The notes beneath the pieces are model-generated. The model was not told the DNA's origin, made no database searches, and was given only the letters and a program-made list of their open reading frames with translations. Both the position numbers and the translations under genes were made by a program. 64,000 nt of DNA from Agathobacter rectalis (GTDB taxonomy: Bacteria > Actinomycetota > Coriobacteriia > Coriobacteriales > QAMH01), in assembly GCA_963590525.1 (NCBI GenBank), contig CAVAPV010000001.1, positions 45,680 through 109,679 on the forward strand, written 5' to 3'. Below, piece by piece: positions 36,927-46,557 of the stretch (positions are counted from its first letter, which is position 1; each line of letters begins with the position of its first letter).

Positions 36927-38366
36927 ATGTTTGAGAACCTGTCAGAGAAACTCCAAAGCGTATTTGGCGGCCTTAAGAGCAAGGGCCGCTTGACCGAGGC
37001 CGATATCGACGCCGCCATGAAGGAAATCCGCATGGCGCTGCTCGAGGCAGACGTCAACTTCAAGGTCGTCAAGGGCTTTATCAAGCGCACCAAGGAGCGC
37101 TGCCTTGCGGCCGAGGTCATGGAAAGCCTCACGCCTGCTCAAAACGTCGTCAAGATCGTCAACGACGAGCTCACGGCGCTTTTGGGCGGCGAGACCGTGC
37201 GCTTGGACTTTGGCAGCCGCATCCCCGGCGTCATCATGATGCTGGGCCTTCAGGGCTCCGGTAAGACAACCGCCACCGCCAAGCTCGCCTACCGCCTGGC
37301 AAAGCAGGGCCACAACCCGCTGCTTGCCGCCTGCGACGTCTACCGCCCCGCTGCAGCCGATCAGCTGCAGACCTTGGGTGACGAGCAAGGCGTGCGTGTC
37401 TACCGCGGCGACGGCAAAGACCCCGTGGCCATCGCCCAGGGCGCCGTGCAAGATGCCATCGATTCTATGCGTGACGTGGTTATCGTCGACACGGCGGGCC
37501 GTCTGGCCATCGACGAGGCGATGATGGACGAGGCCGTCGCCATCCGCGATGCCGTCAAACCTGATTATGTGTTCCTCGTCGTCGATGCCATGACCGGTCA
37601 GGACGCCGTCGCCACGGCGTCTGCCTTTGCCGAGCGCGTGGATTTTGACGGCGTGATCATGTCCAAGATGGACGGCGACGCCCGCGGTGGCGCCGCGCTG
37701 TCCATCCGCGAGGTTACAGGCAAGCCCATCGCCTTCATATCCGCAGGCGAGAAGCCCGACTCTTTGGAGGTCTTTCACCCCAACCGCATGGCGGGCCGCA
37801 TCTTGGGAATGGGCGACGTGCTCTCGGTCATCGAGAAAGCAGTCGAGGTCCAAGAAAAAGAGATCGCAGCCGAGGAGGCTGAGCGCCTGGCCAAGGCAGA
37901 GTTCACCTTTGAGGACTTCTACACCGTCATCGGTCAGACCCGCAAGATGGGCGGCCTGGGCAAGCTCGTCGAGGCGCTGCCCGGCGGTGCTAAGGCCCAG
38001 GCAGAGGGCCGCGTGGACGAGGGCGAGCTTGACCGAGTGGAGGCGATGATCAACTCCATGACGCCCGAGGAGCGCAAGAAGCCCCAGGTCATCAACGGAA
38101 GCCGTCGTGCTCGCATCGCCAAAGGCTGCGGCCTTGCCGTGACCGAGGTCAACCAGGTAATCAAGAAGTTCAACGAGACGCGCAAGATGGTAAAGAAGCT
38201 CACCGCAAAGGCGCGTCAGATGGAGCAGCAATCCGGCAAGAAGGGCAAGAAGGGCAAGAAGAAGCGCGGTTTGTTTGGCCGCGGTGGCGGTATCCCCGGC
38301 ATGGAGGGCGTGGATATGAAGTCCATCGCCGCCATGATGAAAGACGGCGGCTTGGATCTCAAGTAG
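36927..38366 (+). CDS. ffh: signal recognition particle protein Ffh
   Basis: GLQGSGKTTATAKLA, DVYRPAA, DTAGRL, SKMDGDARGG, then a Met-rich M domain and a Lys-rich tail. Confidence 0.93.
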   Translation: MFENLSEKLQSVFGGLKSKGRLTEADIDAAMKEIRMALLEADVNFKVVKGFIKRTKERCLAAEVMESLTPAQNVVKIVNDELTALLGGETVRLDFGSRIPGVIMMLGLQGSGKTTATAKLAYRLAKQGHNPLLAACDVYRPAAADQLQTLGDEQGVRVYRGDGKDPVAIAQGAVQDAIDSMRDVVIVDTAGRLAIDEAMMDEAVAIRDAVKPDYVFLVVDAMTGQDAVATASAFAERVDFDGVIMSKMDGDARGGAALSIREVTGKPIAFISAGEKPDSLEVFHPNRMAGRILGMGDVLSVIEKAVEVQEKEIAAEEAERLAKAEFTFEDFYTVIGQTRKMGGLGKLVEALPGGAKAQAEGRVDEGELDRVEAMINSMTPEERKKPQVINGSRRARIAKGCGLAVTEVNQVIKKFNETRKMVKKLTAKARQMEQQSGKKGKKGKKKRGLFGRGGGIPGMEGVDMKSIAAMMKDGGLDLK

Positions 38367-38397
38367 CCTGCAAGTCTTTATCTAGATAATCAGCAAG

Positions 38398-38430
38398 CGC
38401 CCCTAAGCAAAGGCTTTGGGGCGTTCGTTT
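38398..38430 (+). terminator. putative terminator after ffh
   Basis: CGCCCC-(14 nt)-GGGGCG followed by TTCGTTT. Confidence 0.45.
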
Positions 38431-38518
38431 GCTAGACCGTGCCCAACACCGCCGCGCGTCATCTGGAGCGTAGCCGACACCCCCTTGTGTCATCCTGAGC
38501 GAAATGAGCGAAGCGAAT

Positions 38519-38575
38519 GGAGTCGAAGGATCTACGTGCGAGCAATACCAAGCCGCAGGTAGATTCTTCGACTCC
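38519..38575. repeat. 17-bp inverted repeat (stem-loop) within a GTCATCCTGAGCGAA...GAAGGATC-type intergenic element
   Basis: GGAGTCGAAGGATCTAC (38519..38535) pairs with GTAGATTCTTCGACTCC (38559..38575) with one mismatch. Confidence 0.6.
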
Positions 38576-38747
38576 ATGTCCTAGCGGCTGTTTTGTCGCA
38601 TGTTGCTGCATAAGTTAAAAAGCGTTAAATGCGGGACAACTTTAGGCAAAACTGGTGCAAAATGAGAGGGCACGCACTTTTGAGGTGAGGCGTGCTTTCT
38701 GCCCATTCGGCCTTGCTTGGGGCCGACAGGATGATTTGGAGAATCAT

Positions 38748-40358
38748 ATGGCACAAAAGAATGTGAGCCGTCGCGCATTTGTCGCGGGCGGCGCAGCTGC
38801 AACTGCGGGCGCACTGGCTCTCGGCCTGGCTGGCTGCGGCGGCGGAAGCAAACAGGAGAGCTCCAGCTCTTCTAGCAGCTCCGCAGAGGCCACCGGCGGC
38901 GAGATCACGGCTGCAACCGCTTACAGCTCCACCAACTACACCCCGGTTGATATGTGCGGCGGCTCCGCTTTGATGATCGGCGCCACCTGGCATGTCTTCG
39001 AGGGTCTCTACGACCTCGACATGGTTTCCTACGAGCCCTATGCGGCGCTGGCAGACGGCGACCCCGTGGCCGACGGAACCACCTACACCATCGGTCTGCG
39101 CGAGGGCGCTAAGTTCTCCGACGGCACCGACGTCACCGCTGCAGATGTCGTCAACGCCATCAAGACCAACATGGACTCCACTACTGCTCCTACCATCAGC
39201 CCCATGCTCGACTGGATCAAGTCCGTCGAGGAGGCAGACGACAAGGTTGTCGTCACCGCCAAGTACGCCTGCGACGACCTGGTCAAGCCCCGCTTGGCTC
39301 TTTGCAAGGTCTTCCCCGCAGCTGCTACCACCGATGAGCTCGCTCAGATGCCCATCGGTTCTGGTCCCTGGGCCTACGACGCCATCAACGGCGACGACGG
39401 CGGCGAGATCACCTTTGTCAAAAACGAGAACTACAACGGCCCCAAGGCCGCTACTGCAGACACCATGAAGTGGTCTGTCCTCAAAGACGACACCTCCCGT
39501 ACCACCGCTGTGGTCGAGGGCTCTGTTGCCGTTATCGAGAACGTCCCCGACGCCAATGCCGATCAGATCACCGGCGCAGGCGCTACGGTTGACTACGTCG
39601 ACGGCTTCAACCAGGCCTTCTTCATGTTCAACTGCGCCAAGAAGCCCTTCAACGACAAACGCGTCCGCCAGGCCTTCTTCTACGCTATCGACGTCGACAA
39701 GCTGATTTCCAACCAGCTCGTCGGCCATGCAAACGCCGTCAAGGGCTTCTTGCCCGAGGACTCCGAGAACTACTCCGAGGCCTCCACGGTCTACACCTAC
39801 GACCCCGAGAAAGCCAAGAAGCTCCTCAAGGAGGCTGGCGCCGAGGGCCTCAAGTTCGAGCTCATGTGCAACAACAACTGGGTTTCCAACCTGTCTGCCC
39901 AGATCAAGGAAGACCTGGACGCCGTGGGTCTGGAGTGCACGCTCAACGTCTGCACCATCGACTGGGCTACCTTGGCTCCCAGCGACGACGAGCTTCCCTT
40001 TGACGTCATGCTCACCCCGGGCGACCCCACCTGCTTTGGCAAGGATGCAGACATGCTCCTCAAGTGGTGGTACGGCGACAACGTCTGGACCCAGGGCCGC
40101 AGCTGCTGGGCCAAGGGCGACAAGAAGACCTGGAAGTCCGTCCAGGACAAGATGTCCGAGGCTGTCAAGCTCGACGCCGGCGATGCCAAGAAGGCTGCCT
40201 ACGCAGAGATCTGCGACATCATCGCCGAGGAAGTGCCCCTGTACGGCCTGTTCCATCGTCAGGTTGCCACCGGCTACCACGCCGACCAGATCACTGGCTT
40301 TAACCCCATCGGCACCACCGGTCTCAACTTCTTGGGCGCATCCCCTGCCTCCAAGTAA
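38748..40358 (+). CDS. peptide/nickel (family 5, DppA/OppA-like) ABC substrate-binding lipoprotein
   Basis: ORF 38655..40358; the ATG at 38748 gives a Tat-like signal plus lipobox (SRRAFVAGGAAATAGALALGLAGCGG). Confidence 0.85.
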   Translation: MAQKNVSRRAFVAGGAAATAGALALGLAGCGGGSKQESSSSSSSSAEATGGEITAATAYSSTNYTPVDMCGGSALMIGATWHVFEGLYDLDMVSYEPYAALADGDPVADGTTYTIGLREGAKFSDGTDVTAADVVNAIKTNMDSTTAPTISPMLDWIKSVEEADDKVVVTAKYACDDLVKPRLALCKVFPAAATTDELAQMPIGSGPWAYDAINGDDGGEITFVKNENYNGPKAATADTMKWSVLKDDTSRTTAVVEGSVAVIENVPDANADQITGAGATVDYVDGFNQAFFMFNCAKKPFNDKRVRQAFFYAIDVDKLISNQLVGHANAVKGFLPEDSENYSEASTVYTYDPEKAKKLLKEAGAEGLKFELMCNNNWVSNLSAQIKEDLDAVGLECTLNVCTIDWATLAPSDDELPFDVMLTPGDPTCFGKDADMLLKWWYGDNVWTQGRSCWAKGDKKTWKSVQDKMSEAVKLDAGDAKKAAYAEICDIIAEEVPLYGLFHRQVATGYHADQITGFNPIGTTGLNFLGASPASK

Positions 40359-40637
40359 GCAAGCGGCTTAAAGACCGCGTTTTTGAAGCGGGCTGCAGCT
40401 CATGCGAGCTGTGGCCCGCTTTTCTTTGCGCATAACCCTTGCGATCTTGTTGGCAAAGCGTCTTAGTGGCGTGCAATTAGCGGATATCGTCACCGTGAAT
40501 CCCTTTGAGAGACCATATACTTCTGTCTATGCGTTTTTTAGCTGTCGTGCCTGATGGACGGCGTGTTTTGCGGTCTTGAGGGCGCTATAGGGGAGAAGGG
40601 CTCGCACAGCGGCCCCAAGCAAGAAAGGGGGACAAGG

Positions 40638-41594
40638 GTGAACAATCTGCTGCGCCTCATCGGGCGCCGATTAGTCGCACTGCCCATCATGGTCTTGGGC
40701 GTGACCATCCTCGTGTTCTTCATCATGGCGCTTTCGCCGATCGACCAGGCATATTCCGTCTTGGGAGAAAGCGCGACGCCAGAGCAGGCAGAGGCCTATC
40801 GCGTTGAGCACGGCCTCAACGACCCGCTGCTCGTGCAGTACGGCCGCTATCTGGTCAACATCTGCCATGGAGACTTTGGTACCTACGGCGCAGCCAACGC
40901 GTCTGTGCTCGATCGTATCGCAGAGTCGCTGCCCATCACGCTCGAGCTCACCTTTGTGGGCCTCATCATCGCGCTTGTCATCAGCGTGATCTTGGGTGTG
41001 ATCAGCGCGGTCTATCGCGACAAATGGCCCGACCAGGTCATCCGCGTCATCTCTATCATCTTCTTGGCGATGCCGTCTTTTTGGCTGGCGGTGCTCCTCA
41101 TCTTGGTCTTTAGCTTCAACCTGGGCGTCCTGCCTTCTTCTGGCGCCTTGCCGGATTTCTTTAGCGATCCGGGCGGATGGCTTGCGCGCATGGCGCTGCC
41201 GTCCTTTGCTTTGGCGGTTCCTGTTGCAGGCCAGATGATCCGCGTTATCCGCACCTCGATGGTCGAGGAGCTCGACAAAGACTACGTGCGCACAGCGCTT
41301 GGCGCGGGCATCCCCAAGGGCACGGTCATCGCGCGCAACGTGCTGCGCAACGCGCTCATCAGCCCCGTGACCGTCATCGGCCTCAAGATCGCCCATCTCA
41401 TCGGCGGCGCCGTGGTCATCGAGGTCATCTTCAACCTTCCCGGCATGGGTATGGCCATCTTGTCTGGCATCCAGTCCAACTACGTCTTGCTCATCCAGGG
41501 ATGCGTGCTTGTCGTGGCGTTGAGCTTTATCGTCATCAACATCATCGTCGACATGCTCTACATCCTCATCGACCCCAGGATCAGGACGGTGTAG
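40638..41594 (+). CDS. ABC transporter permease (DppB/OppB-like)
   Basis: ORF 40554..41594; the GTG at 40638 follows AAGGGGGA. Begins NNLLRLIGRRLVALPIMVLGVT, with multiple TM helices and an EAA-like loop (DYVRTALGAGIPKG). Confidence 0.85.
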   Translation: MNNLLRLIGRRLVALPIMVLGVTILVFFIMALSPIDQAYSVLGESATPEQAEAYRVEHGLNDPLLVQYGRYLVNICHGDFGTYGAANASVLDRIAESLPITLELTFVGLIIALVISVILGVISAVYRDKWPDQVIRVISIIFLAMPSFWLAVLLILVFSFNLGVLPSSGALPDFFSDPGGWLARMALPSFALAVPVAGQMIRVIRTSMVEELDKDYVRTALGAGIPKGTVIARNVLRNALISPVTVIGLKIAHLIGGAVVIEVIFNLPGMGMAILSGIQSNYVLLIQGCVLVVALSFIVINIIVDMLYILIDPRIRTV

Positions 41595-41596
41595 CG

Positions 41597-43624
41597 ATGG
41601 CTTTTAGAGAGAAGACAACCCAAAAACTCGAGGCCCAGGCGGGCAAGACCGTCAAGGCCAAGCACTTCAAGGCGATGAGCATCGGCGGCAAGATCTCTTT
41701 GGTCGTGCTCGTGCTGATCGTGGCTATCGCTGCCACAGCCCAGTTCATCGCGCCTTACGATCCGCTGGAGATCTTCACGGCGCGCATGGCCCCCAACCAA
41801 GATTTCATCTTTGGCACCGACGACAAAGGCCGCGACGTCTTGTCCCGCATGATGTACGGCGGACGCTACTCGCTGGTCATCGGCTTGGGCGCCACTACCT
41901 TTGCCTTGGTCTTTGGTGCGATCTTTGGCGCTATCGCGGCTGTGAGCCGCAAGTGGGTGTCCGAGGTCATCATGCGCATCATGGACATCATCATGTCGTT
42001 TCCCGGCATCGCGCTGGCAGCTACGCTGGTGGTTGTTTGCGGCCGCACCGTCCCGTCTCTGATCGTGGCCATCGGTGTCATGTACGCCCCGCAGGTGGCC
42101 CGTGTGGTACGCGCTAACATCATGTCCGAGTACGGACGCGACTACGTGCGCGCTTGCATGGTGGCAGGCGATAGGGCTCCTTGGATCTTGTGGAAGCACG
42201 TCATGCGCAACTGCCTGGCCCCTATCTTGGTCTTTGCCATCACAGCTACGGCAGACGCCATCGTCTTCGAGGCCTCGCTGGCCTTTATCAGTGCCGGCAT
42301 CCCCGAGCCCAAGCCCACTTGGGGCAACATCTTGGCCGATGCGCGCGCTGGTGTCTTGGCTGGCCGCTGGTGGCAGGCTTTGTTCCCCGGTATCGCCATC
42401 ATGGTCACCGTGCTCACCTTGAACATCCTGGCAGAGGGCGTGACCGATGCCATGGCTGCCGCTCCCAGCGCACCCATGGAGGCATCCGACTCCAACCTCT
42501 CCACCGACCGCGAGGCAGACCGCCTCGTGGCAGATCCCAAGCTGGCCTACGCTGCTCAGGCAGAGTCCCTGGAGGCTCGCCTGGCTGCATTGCGCGAGGT
42601 GGAGCTCAAGAGGACAGACCGTTTCGAGGCGCGCACCGACGTGCCGCCCGTGCTTGAGGTCCGCGACTTGTGCATCCGCTTCCCGCGTCATGGCGAGGTC
42701 AACGTTGTGGACCATCTCAACTTTGTGGTGCGTCCGCGTCAGACCATGGGCCTTGTGGGCGAGTCCGGCTGCGGCAAGTCCATCTCCTCTATGGCGATCA
42801 TGGGCCTGCTGGACCCCAAGGCGCAGATCAGCGGAGAGATCATCTACAACGGCCGCAACCTGCTTGATCTGAGCTACAAGGAGATGAACGAGCTGCGCGG
42901 CAAGGAGATCGCCATGATCTACCAGGATGCGCTGTCCTCGCTTAACCCGTCCATGCTCATCAAGGCGCAGTTCAAGCAGCTCACCAAGCGCGGCGGCACC
43001 CGCAGCGCCGAGGAACTCTTGGAGCTTGTGGGCCTCGACCCCAAGCGCGTGCTCGACTCCTACCCGCACGAGCTTTCCGGCGGCCAGCGCCAGCGCGTGC
43101 TCATCGCCATGGCGCTCACGCGCGACCCCAAGGTCATCATCGCCGACGAGCCTACCACGGCTCTTGACGTGACGGTGCAAAAGCAGGTCGTGGACCTGCT
43201 CAACCGCCTGCAGCACGAGCTGGGCTTTGCGATGGTCTTTGTGAGCCACGACCTGGCCCTGGTGGCCGAGGTCGCCAACTCCATCACGGTCATGTACGCA
43301 GGCCAGGTTGTGGAGCAGGGTCCTGTGCGCGAGCTTATGACCAACCCCATCCACGAGTACACGCGCGGCCTTTTGGGTAGCGTGCTGTCTATCGAGGCCG
43401 GCGGCGAGCGCCTGCATCAGGTGCCCGGCAGTGTTCCCAGCCCCAAGGACTTCCCCGCTGGCGACCGCTTCCGTCCGCGCAGCAGCCATCCGGACAAGAT
43501 CTCCAACGTGCCGCCCATGCTCAAGCGCCTCAAGGATACAGACCACTACTACGCCGAGCTGCCCGACAGCGAGCTCAAGCGCATCGGCCTTGAGCCTTTG
43601 GTGCCGGCAGAGGGGAGGATGTAA
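41597..43624 (+). CDS. fused ABC permease (DppC-like) / ATP-binding (DppD-like) protein
   Basis: ORF 41177..43624. The upstream part overlaps the preceding permease, and the ATG at 41597 lies 2 nt after its stop. The permease half (MSFPGIALA...) is followed by GESGCGKS, LSGGQRQRV, IIADEPTTALD and FVSHD. Confidence 0.85.
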   Translation: MAFREKTTQKLEAQAGKTVKAKHFKAMSIGGKISLVVLVLIVAIAATAQFIAPYDPLEIFTARMAPNQDFIFGTDDKGRDVLSRMMYGGRYSLVIGLGATTFALVFGAIFGAIAAVSRKWVSEVIMRIMDIIMSFPGIALAATLVVVCGRTVPSLIVAIGVMYAPQVARVVRANIMSEYGRDYVRACMVAGDRAPWILWKHVMRNCLAPILVFAITATADAIVFEASLAFISAGIPEPKPTWGNILADARAGVLAGRWWQALFPGIAIMVTVLTLNILAEGVTDAMAAAPSAPMEASDSNLSTDREADRLVADPKLAYAAQAESLEARLAALREVELKRTDRFEARTDVPPVLEVRDLCIRFPRHGEVNVVDHLNFVVRPRQTMGLVGESGCGKSISSMAIMGLLDPKAQISGEIIYNGRNLLDLSYKEMNELRGKEIAMIYQDALSSLNPSMLIKAQFKQLTKRGGTRSAEELLELVGLDPKRVLDSYPHELSGGQRQRVLIAMALTRDPKVIIADEPTTALDVTVQKQVVDLLNRLQHELGFAMVFVSHDLALVAEVANSITVMYAGQVVEQGPVRELMTNPIHEYTRGLLGSVLSIEAGGERLHQVPGSVPSPKDFPAGDRFRPRSSHPDKISNVPPMLKRLKDTDHYYAELPDSELKRIGLEPLVPAEGRM

Positions 43625-44697
43625 TGGCCGATCAAAACGAGTTCAACGAGCTGTCTGACATCAACGAACATGCAGCAGACTTGGTAGACGCCGCCCAGGC
43701 ATATGCGGAGGGACAAAACGAGCATAACGAGCTGCAGGGAGAGATTCCCAGCGCAGACCCTACGGCGCTGCCGGTTGACAAGGACATCTACGCCGCTCCC
43801 ATGGCGGGACGCCGCGACGTGCGCGAGCAGCTCCAGGCCATTCCCGTGCCCGAGACCTCTGTGCCCGACGACACGCCGGCGGATGCCGGCGAGCCCATTG
43901 TTTTCTTGGATGACATCCATGTCACCTTCAAGACGCGTACCGGCTCTTTGTTCCATCCCAACAAAGTCAAGGCTGTGCGCGGTGTGTCGCTCAAGCTTTT
44001 GCCGGGCGAGACCATCGGCATCGTAGGCGAGTCCGGTTGCGGCAAGTCCACTACAGCCAACGTGCTTTGCGGCCTGCAGACTCCCACCAGCGGCCACGTG
44101 TACTTCAAAGGCAAAGACGTCACTCGCCGCACGGCGGCAGACCGCAAGACCATCGGCCGCGTGCTCAGCGTGGTGTTCCAAGACCCTGCCACCGCGCTCA
44201 ATGCGCGCATGAGCGTCCACGACCAGCTGCTCGACCCTATGATCGTGCACAAAGTGGGCACCAACCAAGAACGTGAGGCCCGTGTTCGCGAGCTCATCCA
44301 CTTGGTGGGCCTGCCCTCAAGCTGCCTCGAGGCGCTTCCCGGCCAGATGTCCGGCGGTCAGCGCCAGCGCGTGGCTATCGCGCGTGCGCTTGCCCTCAAC
44401 CCCGAGGTCATCATCGCCGACGAGCCTACCTCTGCACTTGACGTGTCTGTCCGCGCGCAGATCCTCAACCTGCTCATGGACCTCAAGAAGGAGCTCAATC
44501 TGGCTATGGTGTTCATCAGCCATGACATCTCTACCGTGCGCTACATAAGCGATCGCATCGTGGTCATGAACAAGGGCGTCATCGTGGAGCGCGGCCGCGC
44601 GCAAGAGATCTTTGAGAACCCCAAAGACCCTTACACCAAGCTTTTGCTGGGTGCTGCGCCCTCTTTGCTGCATCCGGGCGAGGAGAGCTTCAAGTAG
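43624..44697 (+). CDS. ABC transporter ATP-binding protein (DppF/OppF-like) with an acidic N-terminal extension of about 90 aa
   Basis: GESGCGKST, MSGGQRQRVAIARAL, IIADEPTSALD, FISHD. Confidence 0.88.
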   Translation: MADQNEFNELSDINEHAADLVDAAQAYAEGQNEHNELQGEIPSADPTALPVDKDIYAAPMAGRRDVREQLQAIPVPETSVPDDTPADAGEPIVFLDDIHVTFKTRTGSLFHPNKVKAVRGVSLKLLPGETIGIVGESGCGKSTTANVLCGLQTPTSGHVYFKGKDVTRRTAADRKTIGRVLSVVFQDPATALNARMSVHDQLLDPMIVHKVGTNQEREARVRELIHLVGLPSSCLEALPGQMSGGQRQRVAIARALALNPEVIIADEPTSALDVSVRAQILNLLMDLKKELNLAMVFISHDISTVRYISDRIVVMNKGVIVERGRAQEIFENPKDPYTKLLLGAAPSLLHPGEESFK

Positions 44698-44752
44698 GCC
44701 TTCAAGTCACATCGCGTTGCCGGAAAGATCGACTCCCTGCAGCGCAAACGCA

Positions 44753-44785
44753 AAGCCCGGTGGTCGTTTGGCTACCGGGCTTTTT
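44753..44785. terminator. hairpin terminator between convergent units
   Basis: AAGCCCGGT-(12 nt)-ACCGGGCTT followed by TTTTT. Confidence 0.6.
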
Positions 44786-44815
44786 GTAGGCGCCATTGTA
44801 TGCAATGCGCGCGCG

Positions 44816-45100
44816 TTATGCCCCTTTGGCTAGAGAATCGGCGAGTATTCTTCTCACGTAAGCGCTCACTGCAACGCCGTCGCTTGCAGCGCGCTTTGCA
44901 AGCTGGGCCTTCATACCGGCTGGGAGCTTGACGGAGAGCAACTCGGTGTCGTCGTCTGACAGTTTTGGACGACCCGGTCCTTTGAGGGTTTCTCCTGTTG
45001 GCTTGCCTGGCAAAACCCCGGCGGCAGCATGTGCCTCCATAGCTTTGAGGGATTCTTCGTCTGCATCAAACAGCTTCTCAAGTTCTTTTGCGCTCTTCAT
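44816..45100 (-). CDS. putative antitoxin, ribbon-helix-helix (CopG/BrnA-like) C-terminus
   Basis: ORF 44816..45133; the ATG at 45100 follows GGGGAGG. GRPKLSDDD...LSVKLPAGMKAQLAKRAASDGVAVSAYVRRILADSL. Confidence 0.6.
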   Translation of the reverse strand: MKSAKELEKLFDADEESLKAMEAHAAAGVLPGKPTGETLKGPGRPKLSDDDTELLSVKLPAGMKAQLAKRAASDGVAVSAYVRRILADSLAKGA

Positions 45101-45104
45101 GAGG

Positions 45105-45368
45105 CTACCTCCCCAATAACCCAAGTTCGGCAAGCACGCTCTTTTGCGCGGGTGTCATTGCGTGATATATCAGCAACCCAAATGTTTTTGCAATCGTCAT
45201 CATCTGAATCTCCCTCGGTTGAGTCGATGCATAGCCAACGGCGACGATATGCTCCTCATTGGGTGCCTGCCGATGCTGCTTTGCTGCAAAGTTCTCCCAT
45301 GCCTCTAAAATCTCGCGCTCGAGCAAACCGTGCTTGAGTGCATGTGGATGAACAAATATCTCGCACAT
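45105..45368 (-). CDS. putative small toxin of a type II TA pair (weak BrnT/DUF497-like pattern)
   Basis: 87-aa ORF ending 4 nt before the antitoxin start. HALKHGLLEREILEAWEN...EEHIVAVGY pattern. Family assignment is weak. Confidence 0.45.
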   Translation of the reverse strand: MCEIFVHPHALKHGLLEREILEAWENFAAKQHRQAPNEEHIVAVGYASTQPREIQMMTIAKTFGLLIYHAMTPAQKSVLAELGLLGR

Positions 45369-45639
45369 GGCATTTCACCTAGTTTCGTCATACTTTATTC
45401 TACTGATACTTTTACTGCAAGTGATCGACGCCTGATGAAATCGTCGACGGTAAGACTCAAGCGTATAGGACAAACCTGTCAGGATTTCAGACCAAAGTAA
45501 GAGCGAAATCAGACTGAGTTGCCGGCGCAGTTAAGACTGGAATCGGAAAAGTCCCGCTCAGGGCAAGAGGTGGCTTGTCTGCTAATCCCGCAAGAGGTAT
45601 CTCATGCTCAAGGCCGGCAAGCTTGCTTGGCAAATTCAT

Positions 45640-45670
45640 TTGACGGTGACGTTGCGTCATGCACGATAAT
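45640..45670 (+). promoter_or_regulatory. MerR-type promoter/operator P1 (upstream of the merR-family gene)
   Basis: TTGACG, 19-nt spacer, GATAAT. The spacer contains the perfect palindrome TGACG-TTG-CGTCA (45647..45659). Confidence 0.65.
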
Positions 45671-45715
45671 CATGAGATTGTCTTTTAACCTGTCAAGCAA
45701 AGGGGGCTCGCTCGC

Positions 45716-46474
45716 ATGCCCGTGCACGAAGAGAGTTTGATGACGGTTGGCGAGCTGGCTCGTCGTGTTGGCGTGACAGTGCGCACCATCCAGTACTACG
45801 ACCAAAAGGGTTTGTTGCATCCCACCAGCAAGGGCGAGCAACAGCAGCGCTTGTACTCCCCAAACGACGAGGAGCGTCTCTACCGCATCCTCACGCTCAA
45901 GTTCTTGGGCTTCTCTCTTACGGCGATCAAAGAGGCAGAAGGTGCCGATAGCTATCAAGAGCTGACGAGCGCGCTCGACAGCCGCATGCGCGAGCTGGAG
46001 CGCGAGAGCGTGAGCATTCTGCGCAACATCAACACGGTCACAAGCTTGCAAGAGCAGCTGGGCAGCGTCTCGCAGGTGCAGTGGAGCGATTTTGCGCAAG
46101 CCATCGGCGATGCCCAAAACCGCGAAGACGTGCTTTGGCAGGCCATCAACGGCGAAGCCTACGAAGGTGAGCCCGTCCCGGAGCTCACGCGTGAAGAGAT
46201 CACTCGCTGGCATCAGCTCATGGGCGACACCGTCGAGGCCATGCACGACGGCATCCAGCCTCAAGACGAGCAGGGGCTCGCGTTGGGACGCCGCTTTGTG
46301 GAGTTGGGTGGAATGCGTGATGCCCTGGCCGGTCTCAAGCGTCTGGCTCACCAACGCGCGCAGGGGCCCAAGCAATACGGGCGCGATTTCTATGCCGGTA
46401 TCCAGCGTAGGACGCTGAGCTTTCTTAAGGACGCGGCAGAGATCCTGCAGCAGCCGGGAGAGCAAGAGCGCTAG
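45716..46474 (+). CDS. MerR-family transcriptional regulator (long Cys-free C-terminal domain)
   Basis: MTVGELARRVGVTVRTIQYYDQKGLL HTH; alternative start at 45740. The translation contains no cysteine. Confidence 0.85.
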   Translation: MPVHEESLMTVGELARRVGVTVRTIQYYDQKGLLHPTSKGEQQQRLYSPNDEERLYRILTLKFLGFSLTAIKEAEGADSYQELTSALDSRMRELERESVSILRNINTVTSLQEQLGSVSQVQWSDFAQAIGDAQNREDVLWQAINGEAYEGEPVPELTREEITRWHQLMGDTVEAMHDGIQPQDEQGLALGRRFVELGGMRDALAGLKRLAHQRAQGPKQYGRDFYAGIQRRTLSFLKDAAEILQQPGEQER

Positions 46475-46557
46475 GATTCTCGCGTTGCCGCTTGCGGGTG
46501 TTCCTGCACGCTTTTTGCTCGGTTGAGGTCGTTTGGCGAGAATTTCTACTTTTGTGC

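Noticed and set aside
38670-38700. Hairpin GCACGC-(14 nt)-GCGTGC plus TTTCT about 50 nt upstream of the peptide-binding lipoprotein gene, considered as a riboswitch or attenuator
   Set aside because: The stem is short, I could identify no alternative antiterminator or conserved riboswitch core, and the evidence is insufficient without covariation data.
41177-41596. Upstream 140-aa extension of the ORF-track ORF 41177..43624. Similar extensions occur at 8542..8766, 2745..2984, 56960..57265 and 47630..47734.
   Set aside because: These extensions overlap the preceding gene in another frame and translate to Arg/Pro/His-rich nonsense. Downstream start codons with good RBS or stop-start coupling give N-termini typical of the families.
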